Source: Octopus vulgaris
Taxonomy: Eukaryota
Reading direction: 5' to 3'
NCBI GenBank assembly: GCA_951406725.2
Contig: OX597816.1
Location: 51,646,001 to 51,710,000 of the forward strand
Length of the DNA: 64,000 bases
Below, piece after piece: positions 28,553 through 43,998 of the stretch. Numbering within the stretch: the stretch's first letter is position 1; every line of letters begins with the position of its first letter. A program made the translations under genes and the position numbers. The notes under the pieces are model-generated. The model was not told the DNA's origin and ran no database searches. It saw nothing but the letters and a program-made list of their open reading frames with translations.

Positions 28553-29217
28553 CAATGAACAACATGTATATAGAATACAGGTAACGAATCAAAAGAATGC
28601 TCGTTTACTAAAACGATCGTAACATCAAATTGAATTGTCAATTCCTTTCATATATATGTATATGTGTGTGTGTGTTTGTATGTATGTATGCATGAGTGTG
28701 TATGTGTGTGTGTGTGCAGGTTTATCCCTTTCAAATTATTCCTACAGATTTTCTATAGAATTTAATGCCATGACTGAAAATTACGGTGTTTCATACACGA
28801 ATACATTCATTTATGTAATGCGATCGTAGGTGAAAAAATCGGCAATGGATGTCTATGCATATTTCAGGAGTCATTGCTCCTACCTCAGCACCACATCCAA
28901 CCCAATAACCATGCAAGAACACATTCCTTAAATAGCCACTAAGTTTAGTAGTGCAACACTATTGCATCGACCAAACAACATTCCTGGCAACACGTACGTA
29001 CATTTTAATTGCATACATATAAAACACTGTATTTCATTTTGCAACCATAATATATTACTAAGTATATTAAAGGTTTTATAAGTTTATACTCAGTAGCACT
29101 TTTGTGTTAGCAGTGCGATTCAGTCACGTTTATATTATGATTGCAAAACGAAATACATTATCCCTACCAGCAATTAAGATGTATGTATATATGTGTATAT
29201 ATAAACAGACACACACA

Positions 29218-29308
<91 letters not shown>

Positions 29309-29447
29309 GTACATACACACTTATATATGTACATTCACATATATAGATATTATATATGTATATATATGTGTGTGTATGTATATGTATATGTATATATTAC
29401 AACAAACATTTCTTTATAAAAGGATTTTATATAAGAAGCATAATTAC

Positions 29448-29983
29448 CAATGAGAGGTACAAATTCCGATGTGGGTGGCATACTGTCAGCTACAAGTAGC
29501 ATAAAGACTGAGTACGATAGAAGAACTGTGATGCCGAGAGTCATTTTCTCACCGGCGTCTGGTGGAAGGGCAAAGTTTAACACACTTAATATGTTTAGCC
29601 AGAAACATGGAGCAATAATGTTTAGCACGTAGTACAGAACTCTGCGACGAATGACCAAAACAACGGTAACGTCGGGATACACGGCGTCACCGATTGGGTA
29701 CACTGTCTCATTACGAACAATTTCAAACCTGCTTAGTCGCCACTCTCCATTGGTCACGTAACTTGACACGTCAACGAAATCAGCCTGGTTGAGAAGATCA
29801 ACTTGAGCCTTGTCATATGTCCATGAACCAAATTTCAGTTTGCATATTTGTGTATCGAAAGGAAAATATGTTATGTCCACTTTACATGAGCTACGTAGCC
29901 GCACTGGTGGTGACCAGAATACATTTCCGTTATCATGTACCATTGCATTCACATTCATAAATCCAGTTGTGTAATCGTCAGCA
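29448..29983 (-). CDS. nAChR subunit (alpha9/alpha10-like) internal exon: Cys-loop, loops B and C, M1, M2, M2-M3 linker
   Basis: Acceptor tttcag|T, donor G|gtaatt, 536 nt; [118 protein letters not shown]. Confidence 0.97.
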
Positions 29984-31205
29984 CTGAAATAAATGCAAAA
30001 AGAAAATTAAATATTGTACTAATGTTAAGGTTATTAAATAATAACGTTTTTTTTTTTTTTTTTGGTACGTAGCTACATTTGACATAAATACACCCGGTAA
30101 TAAACTGTCAATTATTGTTTTGTCGCCAAGAGCATAAAAGAAGAGGCCAACGTTATAACGCTTTGAAAACAAAAGAACATAATTAAATTATTTACCTTAG
30201 TGTTTCACCAGCCACATATCTGGTAAATGCTTATTTTTTATTTTTATGTTGTTAGCAAATCTCTTGAGCCCATTAATCATTATACGTTAAGTGAAACAGT
30301 CTGAAATCAAAGAGACCCTACACAACTGGTGCTAATTCGTTCTCCTCATCACAAATCAATACTGATTTGATTTTATTTACTCCGATGTATCATATTTTAG
30401 AAAAGAGTTCATTTCGATATTACAATGTGCACCAACAAGTACTGAAGCAGAACACTTGCAAGTACTGCAGTAGCTTGCAGTATGATATTTGAAGATTCCG
30501 ATAACTGTTCTTACGCATATATACATTTCTTAAGATAAACATAAATTTCTTAATACTGAAAATATCGATGAGAAAAGTTTTAACATTTCTTTATTGCAAA
30601 AAGCATTAGTGATGCATAATCACTAGCTGCATACTCATTACCAGAGGTGAGTATTCCTCATTCCATAATACAAATTACCATACAGTGACCATATATAATA
30701 ATTTATGAATGAACACAGATTCAAGTAAGAATATCTATATTTCTATCATTCTTCGGGAGTCGACAGCTTAAAATAACAGTCAAGAAATGGGGTTGCATTA
30801 ATCTACAATACCCTCGGCCAAAACTTGTCAGTCTTACACTAATGCCAGAAATTAATGTCTAATATAAAGTAACAGCCTACCCCATTACTCGCCATTACTT
30901 GACCTAATAACACTATAACAAAACTAATACACATATCTTAGAAGACACACCAGTAATTCAAAGTAATTATTGAATCTCTGTTCCAAATTTTATGCAAGAT
31001 ATCTATTATTTACTAAATAAATAATTATAGCTTCCACGTAAGAAACCCAAGCTGTAGGCTCCATCCATCACGAAATGTTAATTCAGTCAATAACAGCTAA
31101 GCTGATAGCAGTTACATTTCAACGTAAGTTTGATTTCACGTATTTCAAAATTGAGTAGAATATTTACCACTTCAGGCCTTAAACTTTTGCACTATGTGCG
31201 TGCAG

Positions 31206-31322
<117 letters not shown>

Positions 31323-31394
31323 AGTGTGTATGTGTGTGTGTGTATGTGTGTGTTTATTTGTGTGTGTAAGGGTGTATAAATGTGTTTACCTAAG

Positions 31395-31440
<46 letters not shown>

Positions 31441-31760
31441 TAAATTATAAATATATATATATATATATATATAAACATTTCTATACATACTTATGCTCAT
31501 ACACTGATTTAAGATGAGAACATTAAGAATAAATTAAGAACTAATTTCACACATTTTGATATAACAGATTGCAAGATAAAGCTATCCAGTTCGCCAGGAA
31601 ATACTGTGCGATTTACCTAACAGAGATTGAGTTAATCATGAATGCACGTGGAAGTATTCATTTGATAAAGGTTCAGATTGCATCAAAACCCAAAGTGAAC
31701 GAATGGAGGGTGTATCGATAAATTCATGTAATAGTGCTTAAATGTGTTTTAGTTACGCTA

Positions 31761-32419
31761 CAGGGTGATCGAAATGTAGCTCCCTATTTTAAAATATAAA
31801 TTATTTATGAATTGTAATTTTTACCAAAATATGATTATGAGAGGAACGCTTTTAGTGTGAGGGTCTATTTAAAATTTGATATGGGCTCCAGATGTCGCTA
31901 CCAGCGTCTTGAGTTGCCCAGGAATTATATCAGCTGATTTCACCAGGGCTTCTTGTGGGATGGAAGACATAACTTCTCGTATTCGCCCTTCAAGATATTC
32001 CTAAGTCTCTGGTTTGACATAGTAGACTTGTTCCTTTAATTAACACCATGCAGAGAAGTCAAAGGGCGTTAAGTCGGAGCTACTGGCGGACTTGACGGTC
32101 TCGTGTGGACCAAGACGACCCATCCACCTCCCGGTAAAGTGGACATTGAGTCATTCAGGAATGATGTCATACATCAAAACACAAATACAATAAATTTGAG
32201 CAAAAAATACACTCTTTTACACTTTTCAGTCATTTGACTGCGGCCATGATAGACCACCGCCTTTAGTCGAGCAAATTGACCCCAGAACTTATTCTTTGTA
32301 AGCCTAGTACTCATTCTATCGACCTGTTTTTCCGAACCGCTAAGTTACAGGGACGCAAACACCCATCATCGGTTGTCAAGCGATGTTGGGGGTCAAACAC
32401 AGACACACAAACATACACA

Positions 32420-32482
<63 letters not shown>

Positions 32483-32894
32483 TAATCCAAACAAGAAAAC
32501 ACAGAAAAAGACACAGCAACGCGGAACATCCGAACAACTAAGTGATACAAAAAGGGACAACAAAACCTCCAGATAGACGATACAAAAAAAACACGGACGG
32601 GTCACTCGAAGCTGTTTATCTTCAGTCAAGAACCGGATCATCCTCGCAATTTCGGCTGATTAATCTTGGGCTTCTTTCAGTTTCCGTGTACCAAATCCAC
32701 TCACAAGGCTTTGGTCGGCCCGAGGCTATAGTAGAAAACACTTATCAAAGGTGCCACGCAGTGGGACTGAACCCGAAACCATGTTTTTGGTAAGCAAGCT
32801 ACTTACCACACATCCACTCCTGCACCTTAATAAATAACACTTAACAAATAATTTATAGGTATTTTAAAATAGGGGGTTATTTTCAGTCACGCTG
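31761..32894 (-). mobile_element. Internally deleted Tc1/mariner-superfamily transposon relic with TIRs, carrying nested insertions
   Basis: Left TA|cagggtgatcgaaatgtagctccctattttaaaata; right end reverse-complements to cagcgtgactgaaaataaccccctattttaaaata; 31869-32150 minus translates FTGRWMGRLGP..SSDLTPFDFSAWC*LKEQVY...GAHIKF* (WPPRSPDLTPLDF-type transposase end). Confidence 0.8.
32211..32823 (-). mobile_element. SINE family A nested in the mariner relic, itself interrupted at ~32479-32667
   Basis: Homologous to 251-653 at both ends; an unrelated ~190-bp segment follows its (TA)n tract. Confidence 0.85.
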
Positions 32895-33221
32895 TCCATG
32901 TCTTAATTGTATTTCTCTTGATTTTTTTTATAGGAAAAGATAGTTTAGGCGTAAACAGCATATGAGTAATTTATTAGGTTACAATTTGTTAAATAAACAT
33001 TTATTTTAGACTTCAATTGTTGTTCATACAAACTGGAGCACTTTGTTTTGTATTTTGAATAGATTTCAGTTTTTAGACCTTTATATTTCTACGCTCTTCT
33101 TTAAATTCAATTTTATAACACGTAATCGAAACATCACATAGATTTAAAATATGGTATCAAATAATTTTTCTTATTACTTGTCTGTCATTATATATTTGCG
33201 CGTGTGCCCGTGAATACACTT

Positions 33222-33288
<67 letters not shown>

Positions 33289-34013
33289 CTCACACACCCA
33301 CTACACACATTCTTTAGTTCTGAACACCAAACAAATTCACTGAAAGCTTAATTTTATTTCTTTCCTAAACCATACTTGTTAAATAGATAAAAAGGAATGA
33401 AAGTTATACAGACAGACCAATAGGCTGATATCTTGCATCGCATATTTATGAGGAAACAAGCTTAAATCTACACCGACCGTATAGGATGATATTGTTTTTT
33501 CAGTCAGAGCCCTCTGTCGGAGTTACCATTCAACAATATGGCATTGACTGTCGTTGAAGCCGGAAAACTTTAATTTAAAGTCATTGCGTCCCTCTAAGTC
33601 CTGGTATTTCTGAAATTAACTTCACTTCCCTCTCGTGCCAAGCAAATAATCGCCATGATATATACAATATACAATTCAATCGATTATATAAGCTTTTGTG
33701 CAAAGTTGGTCTCATGCTTATTGAATATAATTCAATATTACTTTCCATCAATTACTTAAGGTAAAAACACAATATATTTTCAATACTGAACTTCTACATT
33801 CACATTATCATAACGGGGGATTTCAAGTATATTTTCTGAGATCTTGTTCATGATATGAATAAATGAGGATACCTTCGAAGAAGCTATCATAGAAACATCA
33901 TTCAAATGAATTAAACATGACGGTACGGAACATCACGTTGGAAGATATGTCTGCATGTTTGAATGTATACATACATACATTCACACACAGAAACACACAC
34001 ATATGGATATATA

Positions 34014-34067
<54 letters not shown>

Positions 34068-34073
34068 TGAATA

Positions 34074-34117
<44 letters not shown>

Positions 34118-35577
34118 ATATTTATACATATACATATGTGTATGTATGTACCGTCGAGACATGAGATAGAAACGTTATTTGAAAAAAATGTTATATGATC
34201 TTATAAGTTGAACGGGAATTGCCTGTGCATTGTCAAACTGTAAGTTTTGCATCATAAATTTATATAATATTCCACTTGAAATATGACAATTTACCGGAAA
34301 TGTGTTTAACCGAAATCGAAGTAGTTTGAAATTTGGCACATGAATAGTTATCTTATCTGAAATTCCTGATCCGTATGACGTTGACAAACATTGCGAAATG
34401 AAGAGGAAAACCGGTCTTATCTGGAGCTATTCTCGACATATAATAACTGCATCGAATATCGCATGAAAATCGGTCGGCAATTATAAAAATGTTTGCCATG
34501 TTATTTAGATTCCAATTCTGTCAGCGAAAATGTTTATCCACTACACTTCACCCAACAAATTTCAGATGTTAATTTTAGAATTGTCCGAAAGAATATTCTT
34601 ATTCTGTTTTCTCTTTCTCTCTCTCTCTCTCTCTCCCTCACTCTCCCCCTGTCTCTCTTTCTCTCCCTTTGTAAATTTCTAATATTATTAAATTTGGAAT
34701 TAATTAATATTGGATTTATTATAAATACTTTTACTAGACATTCGTCGTTATATAAGTCACATATTTCTTAATTTTTATCTCAATGTAATATTTTTTATGT
34801 TTCTGTCGGTAGTCATTTGTTTACGCAGTAACTTTATACAGTACGCAGCTTTTAAGTTAGTATTTATAAAATGCACATCACGTTTTAGTTTCCGACACTA
34901 ATGTGTATTAGGAGGGTCGAAAATAACGCTTATATAGTCAGGTTGAAGCGAAGAGTCTAAAACTTTAACGCTTTGGCTGTTTCTGTTCGTCTAACGCCTT
35001 TTAAATAGTTAAGGCACCATGCAACTTTACAATTTCAGTTTATGTATGCTCATTTATTGAGTTCATTTTCTGGACTAATTGTTAATACAAATCTGTAGTT
35101 GATATCAATAACATTTCATTTACATTTCGAATTCTGTCTTTTGTTTTTTGTTTCTTTTGTGTACGTCTTAATATAAATACATTCGCTTATTGCTTACTAA
35201 AACACCACATAAGCCATGGGTAAAAAAAGGTCACGGATTAGGTCTGCCCTGTGAAGAAGATGTAATGTGATGCCTTATTTTTCACTGGTACCTGTCTCAT
35301 AGGCACCTTCTGCTGAAATTAGTCGTTTGCTAGCATGTCGCTCAAGCATTAATTCCCAGAATATCTGAATATTGTCACATACTAAAGTAAGCTGTGGTTG
35401 TGTGCGTGGTCATTTGAGTTACTAGAAATATCCGCCTAATTATCTTCACGTTACACCCACTACAGAAAATGGGAGGCACGTTGAACATGTGATATCGGAC
35501 ATACGAAGATAATTGATTGTCATGTGTGAAATATCTTGTATCACATGTTTTTCTCAATCATGATTACTTGGGGCCTG

Positions 35578-35738
<161 letters not shown>

Positions 35739-35747
35739 TTATATATG

Positions 35748-35802
35748 ATTTTGATTTTTCCAGTTTCAGCTAATGAGCTGTGGCCATGCTGGGGCACCGC
35801 CA
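35748..35802 (-). mobile_element. Short LINE/SINE 3' tail fragment in (TA)n
   Basis: Minus strand ggcggtgccccagcatggccacagctcattagctgaaac matches the tails at 53591-53640 and 251-310. Confidence 0.7.
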
Positions 35803-35828
35803 TTTATATATGTATATATATATGTATG

Positions 35829-35927
<99 letters not shown>

Positions 35928-36256
35928 ATGAATCTAAGTTTTTTTAAATTTTTACCATAAGTTCCGAGTCTTCCTAAAATGTTATGACCTTTGCCCTTCC
36001 TTCTTTCACAAAGCCGTACGAAGACAGGCAGATATTATGAAGTAGCTTTTGATACTGTTAGTGTGAAACCATACTAAATTATTATTGTCTGGGCTTGTTA
36101 TTAACTTAGTACTGATTGGCTTATTTAGCGCAGTGTGACACACACAAACGTATAAAACCATAAAAATAAATGCACACACATACACACGCGATTGACATTC
36201 TTGAAGCTGACTTTCAACTTGCGGTGGGTGGTGTAAAAGAATGACAACTCCTCGTC

Positions 36257-36342
<86 letters not shown>

Positions 36343-37028
36343 TCCATTATCATTTTATCGATTGTTGCTTCTCATCAAATGATAAACGAAATTAAAAGCC
36401 ATTACATAAAAGATTGTTTTATCAGATAATCGATATTCCCGAAATTTAGATGACATTGGCATGGTCATCAAGATTAAACAAATTTAGTTGAAAATCTAAT
36501 ATCTCCTGTGTAATAAATCTGGTAGAATCGAATGTCTGCACTAAATAATCAAATAAAAATATACGCCATTTGTTGTTGTTTTCAATATCAGTGATATTTC
36601 TAATAACCACGTTAAACGAATGAAAATAACACGAAAGACAGAGGTAACTTTAAAAAAACAAACAATAAATATAATTACTATACATCAGAGTAAAAAATAA
36701 TAGCCAGCGGTATGGAATGATACCATAGTTTACATGGTGTGTTACAAATACACTATGGATTGAAAATGGTACTTCTGAAAGCGTACGTCAATTTCTTTAG
36801 AAATAGTTAATTATCCTATAGTATTATTCCGCTCTTCTACGAATGTACCTGCAATGCCTAGATAAGTAAGATCAGTATATCATTATATAATTTAGCTTGT
36901 TAGAAAAGGTATCATCATCATCGTCGTCATGTTCGTTATTATTAAAATGTGGTGACATGGTAGAAACGTTAGCGGCCTTATACATTTAGTAGAAAAGATT
37001 ATTATTAATTATTATTACTATTATTATT

Positions 37029-37676
37029 GAGTGAGTGAGCAGAGCATGCCATCAAAGTGACACTGGGGTAAAATATACGAAGCTCAGTATGCCCATCATG
37101 ACTACCCGTCTGATAAGGGTACACCAGGCACATGCATCACAACCATATGTGCGCGACATGGTTATCTCATATCAAGATAAACAGCACATGACCTTGCAGG
37201 TGGAGCCCAGTTAGAATTTTCTTCAGATCGAGTAACCCATCCCGCTCAAAAGGTCCCTGAATAAGGGTTGTTTAAGGACGTTGAACGAAACACCCATGTT
37301 TCCAGAGGTGAATTATTCAAACCCCAAAGAATCCTTCTCAACACATGGCTATGATGCTCCCCCACTACTTCTGCTCGTGATCAGAGATGCACATATCGTC
37401 AGCCACTAAGGGACAGGCTCAACTGGTTAAGGTCAAACAACTGACAAGCAAATCTGTGGTATTGTACATGATAACATGATAAAACAATGTACATGATAAC
37501 ACTTCCAATCAGTTAAGATCAGAAGCCATGAGAGCCACTGCCTGGTACTGCATCAGGGCATCTACTGCATCAGGGCATGGTACTGCATCAGGGCATGGTA
37601 CTGCATCAGGGCATGGTACTGCATCAGGGCATGGTACTGCATCAGGGCATGGTACATGATAACACTTCCAGTCAGT
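37029..37676. mobile_element. Non-coding interspersed repeat next to (TTA)n, ending in six tandem ~18-bp units
   Basis: GC-richer island after a (TTA)n tract; ggtactgcatcagggcat x6 at 37544-37650, then a re-copy of gtacatgataacacttcca. Confidence 0.55.
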
Positions 37677-37878
37677 GAATTCCTAAACACCCGCTCTTGT
37701 AAATTTTAATCCCCTCCCAGCTCCAGTTAGACCTCTTTCACATTTTGATTAATATAACCAGATTTCATTCGGGTCTACTCGGAACACATTTTATAAGATG
37801 AGGAATTTTGTCCTAGAGGTCACGCCTTTCATTTGAGGAAAAAAATAGTTGCCATGCAAACTCGCCAGCACTGTTAAG

Positions 37879-37912
<34 letters not shown>

Positions 37913-37984
37913 ACATATATACGCATTATATATATATATGTGTGTGTGTGTGTTTGTGTACGAATTATATATACAAATGTATAC

Positions 37985-38022
<38 letters not shown>

Positions 38023-38528
38023 TATATACACTTTGTATATATACATTATATATACATATTTATATAAAGAACACACACACATAAATTAACCCAATAAATA
38101 TCTGGTTCATAATATTTGTTCCCATGACTGTGTGGTGTTGGTAGTGATAATAAAACTCTCTATGAATGCAGACAGACGTACAGAGAGAGAGAGGGGGCGA
38201 TAGAAAAAAGAGTGACAGAGCTGGCGAAGACGGCGCGGTAAAGATAGTAGTAGCTGTCAAACGCCGTTACAGAGAGAATGTGAAAGGAAGGGAGGAAAGA
38301 GAGAGAGAGGGAGGAAGAAAGGCAGATAAGATTATGGGGGAAGGCATGTCAAAGTGTGCGTTTTTTGCCCTAGTAACCACACCTTTTAACATAGGGATTT
38401 TTAACCTAGCCCACTCACATCCTCACCTCATTTTACATGTTCCTATAAATGTTGGAGTCAATCCAACGGGATCTAGTGGCCTTTAACCCGTTCCACTGCC
38501 AAAACCAGACAAACTTTTCGCATTTCAG

Positions 38529-38564
<36 letters not shown>

Positions 38565-38569
<5 letters not shown>

Positions 38570-39420
38570 TAAATGAAATAAAACATATGCATATATATAA
38601 ACATATATGTACGTACCTACCTCTACATGTACATATACACGCATATATGAGTACAGGACACCAAAGGGACGTCGAACACAAAGAGAAACGAAAACATAGA
38701 CACAAACCAAAGGAACTGGACATTTTTTTAAAAAACAACAAAAATGGAGTACAGGACAATTAACACAACGAAAAAAACCCTTCTTCAGTCGCTAAGGTTT
38801 CATCTACTCTACGTTTCGAAGGATAAAAGCGAGACGTATCTTCGACAAGAAACTTTCCTTCCTGCGAAAAGCAAATCAATTAAAATTCTGAGATCTTTTC
38901 GCAGAGGGGTAAAAAATGGTAAAAAATTGGTAAAAAAACAGGACAGTAACGACATTACAAAAATATAAACAGTAAAAAAATAAACAGTAAAAAAATATAT
39001 AAACAGTAAAAAAATATAACAGTAAAAGACAGGACAGGGAAAAACAAGATAAGAAGGGCTGTTGACGCCGAACGAAAAAAGTATTGCAAACGCAGAATTT
39101 TTTGTGAACGACAGGAGAGCAGGAAGAATGTCGTCCAGTTACCTTGAAGGCCAGGCCAAAAAGACAGTCAGGGCGGAAGTATCGTCGCGGGTGGACGACG
39201 GGAAGGGGGAAGGAGGAGCAAGAGGAAGTGAGAGAAGAAGGGGAATGGCTGCGAGGAGACCATGAAGAATTGTGAGGGGTAGAGAGGGAGTGAAGAATGA
39301 GAGAGAGAGGAAGAGACAAGTTAAGTGGGGGAAAAAGAAAATCAAAGAATAGGGATGGGACAGAAGGGGAAGAGTGGCGTGAGAGTTAATATCAAGACAA
39401 AAACTTGATATACAGAACAA
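38565..39420 (-). mobile_element. Non-coding repeat family member (homolog of 24563-25208), flanked by (TA)n
   Basis: Shared segments aataaaacatatgcata..gtacagg..gagaaacgaaaacata..cccttcttcag..gtttcgaagg and acagtaaaagacaggaca. Confidence 0.65.
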
Positions 39421-42406
39421 TCTTACTTAAGAGGGTGCGTGCGTTTAGTCATATAATATATTAATAAATATATATATATATATATATACACACACATTGT
39501 ATTATATGTCAGTTGTACCATGTGTGTGAGTAAGTGTGAGTGTATGTATATATTTACAAATATGTTAATATGTATATGATAAAAGGTGAGGGAGAGAGAC
39601 AGAGAGATTCTTTCAAAAACAATGGCGAAATCCAAATTGATATCTTGAATTGTAATTAAATTTCACCATCGATACAAAAAATTGAAAAAAAATCCCATTC
39701 TCTCTGTCTCCTTTTCGTTTTCTTTCTTACTCTTTCCTTCTAGTTCCTTTTCCTTTTTTTTTCCTTCTCACTTTCTTTAAAAAACAAAATTCACATATTG
39801 AACTGTCACAAAGCCTCAGTCACCTGTTAATCACAGACCGTCTCCAAATGCATTCACTCTTTCGTTCAGCTTTCTTTAATTATTTCTGTCCTCTCTGTCT
39901 TCCTCTCCTCCTTTCCTTTCTCTTTTCTCATTCTCTTTTTCTAAATAATACAAAAAACATCCTCTTTTTGATTTGATAAAAGGCAACGAAAATCTCAGTA
40001 AAACTTATCTCAAGAGTCTCCATCAAGAGGACCATAGCGTTAAGGAATTACTCCAAATTATGAGCACCTCATTTTTCATAATATGCATGTGTGAGTATGG
40101 TGTGTATTTGTGTATGTGTGAGCACGCATGCGCGTGTGTGTATACATATATAGTATATTTTGCGTTTATAGTTAGATGTATGACAGCGATATATTTAAAT
40201 CTGCCCATGTAGCGATTATATGTATGCATATATAAATACAATAAATTTTGGTATTTTTTTAAATCTCACAGGATTTTGCTTAATTGGAATGTTTCTTTAT
40301 TCATTATACGATTCCCTTTAATCTCTTTATTTAGGTAAACTCTTATTTTCTAAATCTAGAATATTCAGAAATGCTATGTCACTGTTATTTGAAATCCCAA
40401 TGGCTTGACGTAAGGCATAATATCATTTTTAGACTTATGTCCATGTCTGTTTTGTAAAAGCAAACTGTCAATTAGATACAAAATAATTTTATGAATGAAA
40501 ACTTTCATTTTGAGTAATTTATATAAGTCAACTTCCGCAGATGTGTTTGATCTCATGCTAATTACAATATGTGAGTTCATGTATTTGTTTGGACCTTTGC
40601 TGTTAGAAAAGATCAGTTTCTTTACATTTATAGTAGTTTTACAGAATAGTAGGGACGTGCGAGGGGTTGTATAGTTTCGATTGTGGACGATGTCTCACTG
40701 AAAATAGAGCCGGCCCACGTAAGTGTATTCGAAAGTATTTTAGGGTTAAGAGAAGCATAAAAGTAACATAAGTCTAAGTATAATAAAACACGCTGTTTAC
40801 AGTAAATTTATCATGGTTTTCGTTTTCCATAGTGACTCATATTTCATACTACGTACAATAGAATGTATCTTTTTGCTAATTAAGGCTGTGTCAAATTTTG
40901 ATTAGTGGAGCAATCTCTTAGAAGGACATTGCAATACATTTCGTTCGGTATTTGCAGACTTAAAGTATGATTCGTCAGTCTTAAGAGCGTCTATTCTATA
41001 ATTCATTACCATTCTTGTATCTAAGTTTTTAGCTACAGCAGTAACTGCTTATATATTTGTATGCGTATAACACAAAAATACGCAGACACACTCACTCACA
41101 TACTCATAAACATTTAAGACACACACTCACAACACAGACAGATATATAAATCGTGCGTGCGTGTTAGTCAGTTGGTTGTTCAAAATCACTAAAACCATTA
41201 TGTTAATTCAGTTCCGCAGTATCATTGTAACTAAATTTTGAATATATAGAGTTAGGTATTGTTTTCTGTATTAAATTGCATAATAAATATACAGTGTATA
41301 TGAGAAAGACAAATACTGCATTCCAATAATCAAATATACGATTTTTGCATACAAATACTTATATTTCCGTTTCTAAAACAAGACAAGTTTCATTAAATAG
41401 TTATTTGCGTGAGCATATGATGTTTTATAATTCAGATTTTGCAAGATGTTTTAAGCAGAGATGAGTTATACTTGAAATGTACTATTAGTCCATAAAATGA
41501 CGCAATTAAACTGCAAATCCAGTTGTTGAGTCAGTTGCGATAATAACAAATAAATCAATTACTAAATGCTAAAATATGTAGGCTAATCTAATAAGTTACA
41601 ATGCGAGAGTAAACTAAAAGGAAAAGATATTTTAATCGAACTACACATGGAGCAAAATATCAGATTGCGAAAATCAGATATTTTATCATATTTTAGAACT
41701 CTTAATCAAGTTAATTTTAGAGTAAATTTCTTGATGTAGAGATAACAATTCTCAACTAATGCACTTCTATAAGCAGCTGAATCTATAGAACGTTGATCCT
41801 AATGTTTAACAATGTATAATTTTGATATGATTCCAGAAATATACGACATACATTTACTTCAACTCATGGTGAAATCTTTGTCTTGCATTAAGGCTGTCAT
41901 GGCATTCATTTTGTAAGCGTCAGGTTCCGGATTCAGTTCTACAATGTGGGACCTTTGATACGAACTTCTTTTAATATATTTGAGTTTACCAACATCTTAA
42001 GGCTGTTGACGGTCGGTCTCTCTTTATATGTGTCAGAGTAGGCCAACGATGTGTTCCATTATATCTCATATATTAAACTTTTACTGAGGCATAAAATAAT
42101 CACTGATCTATTTGAAAAAATGTCATCCCTAACTCAAGAAACAGATCACCACTTTGGCCTAAATCATGCAAAACTTTAGTGGGATTCATAAAGCCTGCTT
42201 AAGGTTTTACAAAACTTAGTGTGCTGACTCAATGCAATGCAGAAATATTATATCTTAAATTCCAGGACTCTAGATGAAGTACTTTCGGTTATAATCACTA
42301 GGTGGCACTAGATTCAGACTTCAGTATTTCCGCTGCCTAAATCCTTGTAAACGGAAGAGAGATGTGGAATAAAAGTGTAATTATATTCAAAAGTCAAGTC
42401 ATAACC

Positions 42407-42475
<69 letters not shown>

Positions 42476-42611
42476 TGAGAGAGAGAGAAAGAAAATAGTA
42501 AAAAGTGAAAAAACTACAGAAGGCTTGTTTTAAAAGGTTAAAAAATATATATTTGAGTCAATATGTCTGAAGAATGTTATAATTTTTTTTTCATACAATG
42601 ACATAGTATAG

Positions 42612-42650
42612 AAGAAATGACCGGTTTCGCGTTCAGCTTTTCAAATTTTT
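42612..42650 (-). ncRNA. Minimal type I hammerhead ribozyme motif (U3-A8 variant), left PLE arm
   Basis: aaaaat-TTGAAAA-gc-tgaac-gc-GAAA-ccg-GTC-atttctt. Confidence 0.55.
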
Positions 42651-43304
42651 AAAACGTTATGTTTACGTTGAGCGGTGATCTAGATAATAAGTGATTTCTT
42701 CCGGTGTAAGGGAGATAATCGCTTAAACTTATTTGCCTTTCTTTTGGATTGAGTTTCTCTGTATAAGTATGTTGGAATGGTTAAGTTTGGGCTTGTATTG
42801 TTCAATGAAGAATGTTTCCTTGTTTAGTCTAATTTGTGTTGGTGTTCCGATAGCACATTGGTAGAATGGAAAGATTAGAAATTGTTGTAGTAGTTGCTTT
42901 GCGCATTTCTCAATGTGCTCACTAAAGGGTATCATTCTGTATTCTGAGAATGCAATCTGTTGTCGATGTAGTGTGCATCTACGTCTGAGTGATAGTCCCG
43001 TGGATCCCACGTAGTCTTGGTGGCAGCCCGAGCATTTTATGACATAAATTATGTTTTCAGAGGCACAAGTAAAATTAGATTTGATCTTGAATTTCTGTCC
43101 CTCTTTGAAGAGGAATTCTGATCCTTCTAGCAGGTTTGGACATGTTGCACAGTTCGGTCTACCACATTTTTTTACTTTTCCAACATACTTATACAGAGAA
43201 ACTCAATCCAAAAGAAAAGCAAATAATATTAAGCGATTATCTCCCTTACACCGGAAGAAATCACTTATTATCTAGATCACCGCTGAATGTAAACATAACG
43301 TTTT

Positions 43305-43344
43305 AAGAAATTTGAAAAGCTGAACGCGAAACCGGTCATTTATT
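43305..43344 (+). ncRNA. Minimal type I hammerhead ribozyme motif (U3-A8 variant), right PLE arm
   Basis: aagaaat-TTGAAAA-gc-tgaac-gc-GAAA-ccg-GTC-atttatt; palindromic stem III (ACCGGT). Confidence 0.6.
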
Positions 43345-43397
43345 CTATACTATGTCATTGTATGAAAAAAAATTATAACATTCTTCAGGCATATTGA

Positions 43398-43652
<255 letters not shown>

Positions 43653-43907
43653 ACATAAATGCCGAACAAAGGGAATGAGTGCTCAACACCGCATTGTTGG
43701 AGAAAACATCTTTATATTTATATTGAGGTTACCATTGGTGTCATGTTAATCAATATATCTTAATATCTTAACAAATGTTCAAGCCCATCACGCAGTGGAA
43801 TGGTGTTCGTTGTGGTTAGCTTGAGAGAGTAAGATATTAACAAATTTTTCTTGACATGCAACCAATGATAGTCTTCATACACAGATATATACATATATAA
43901 GTGTGTT

Positions 43908-43947
<40 letters not shown>

Positions 43948-43959
43948 TGCCTGTGTATG

Positions 43960-43998
<39 letters not shown>

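Noticed and set aside
30195-30230. Minus-strand LPDMW as the missing loop A exon
   Set aside because: Followed by LVKH and a stop; no YN motif or in-phase donor
37544-37650. 18-bp direct repeats as a CRISPR array
   Set aside because: Units are contiguous with no spacers, there are no cas genes, and the context is eukaryotic
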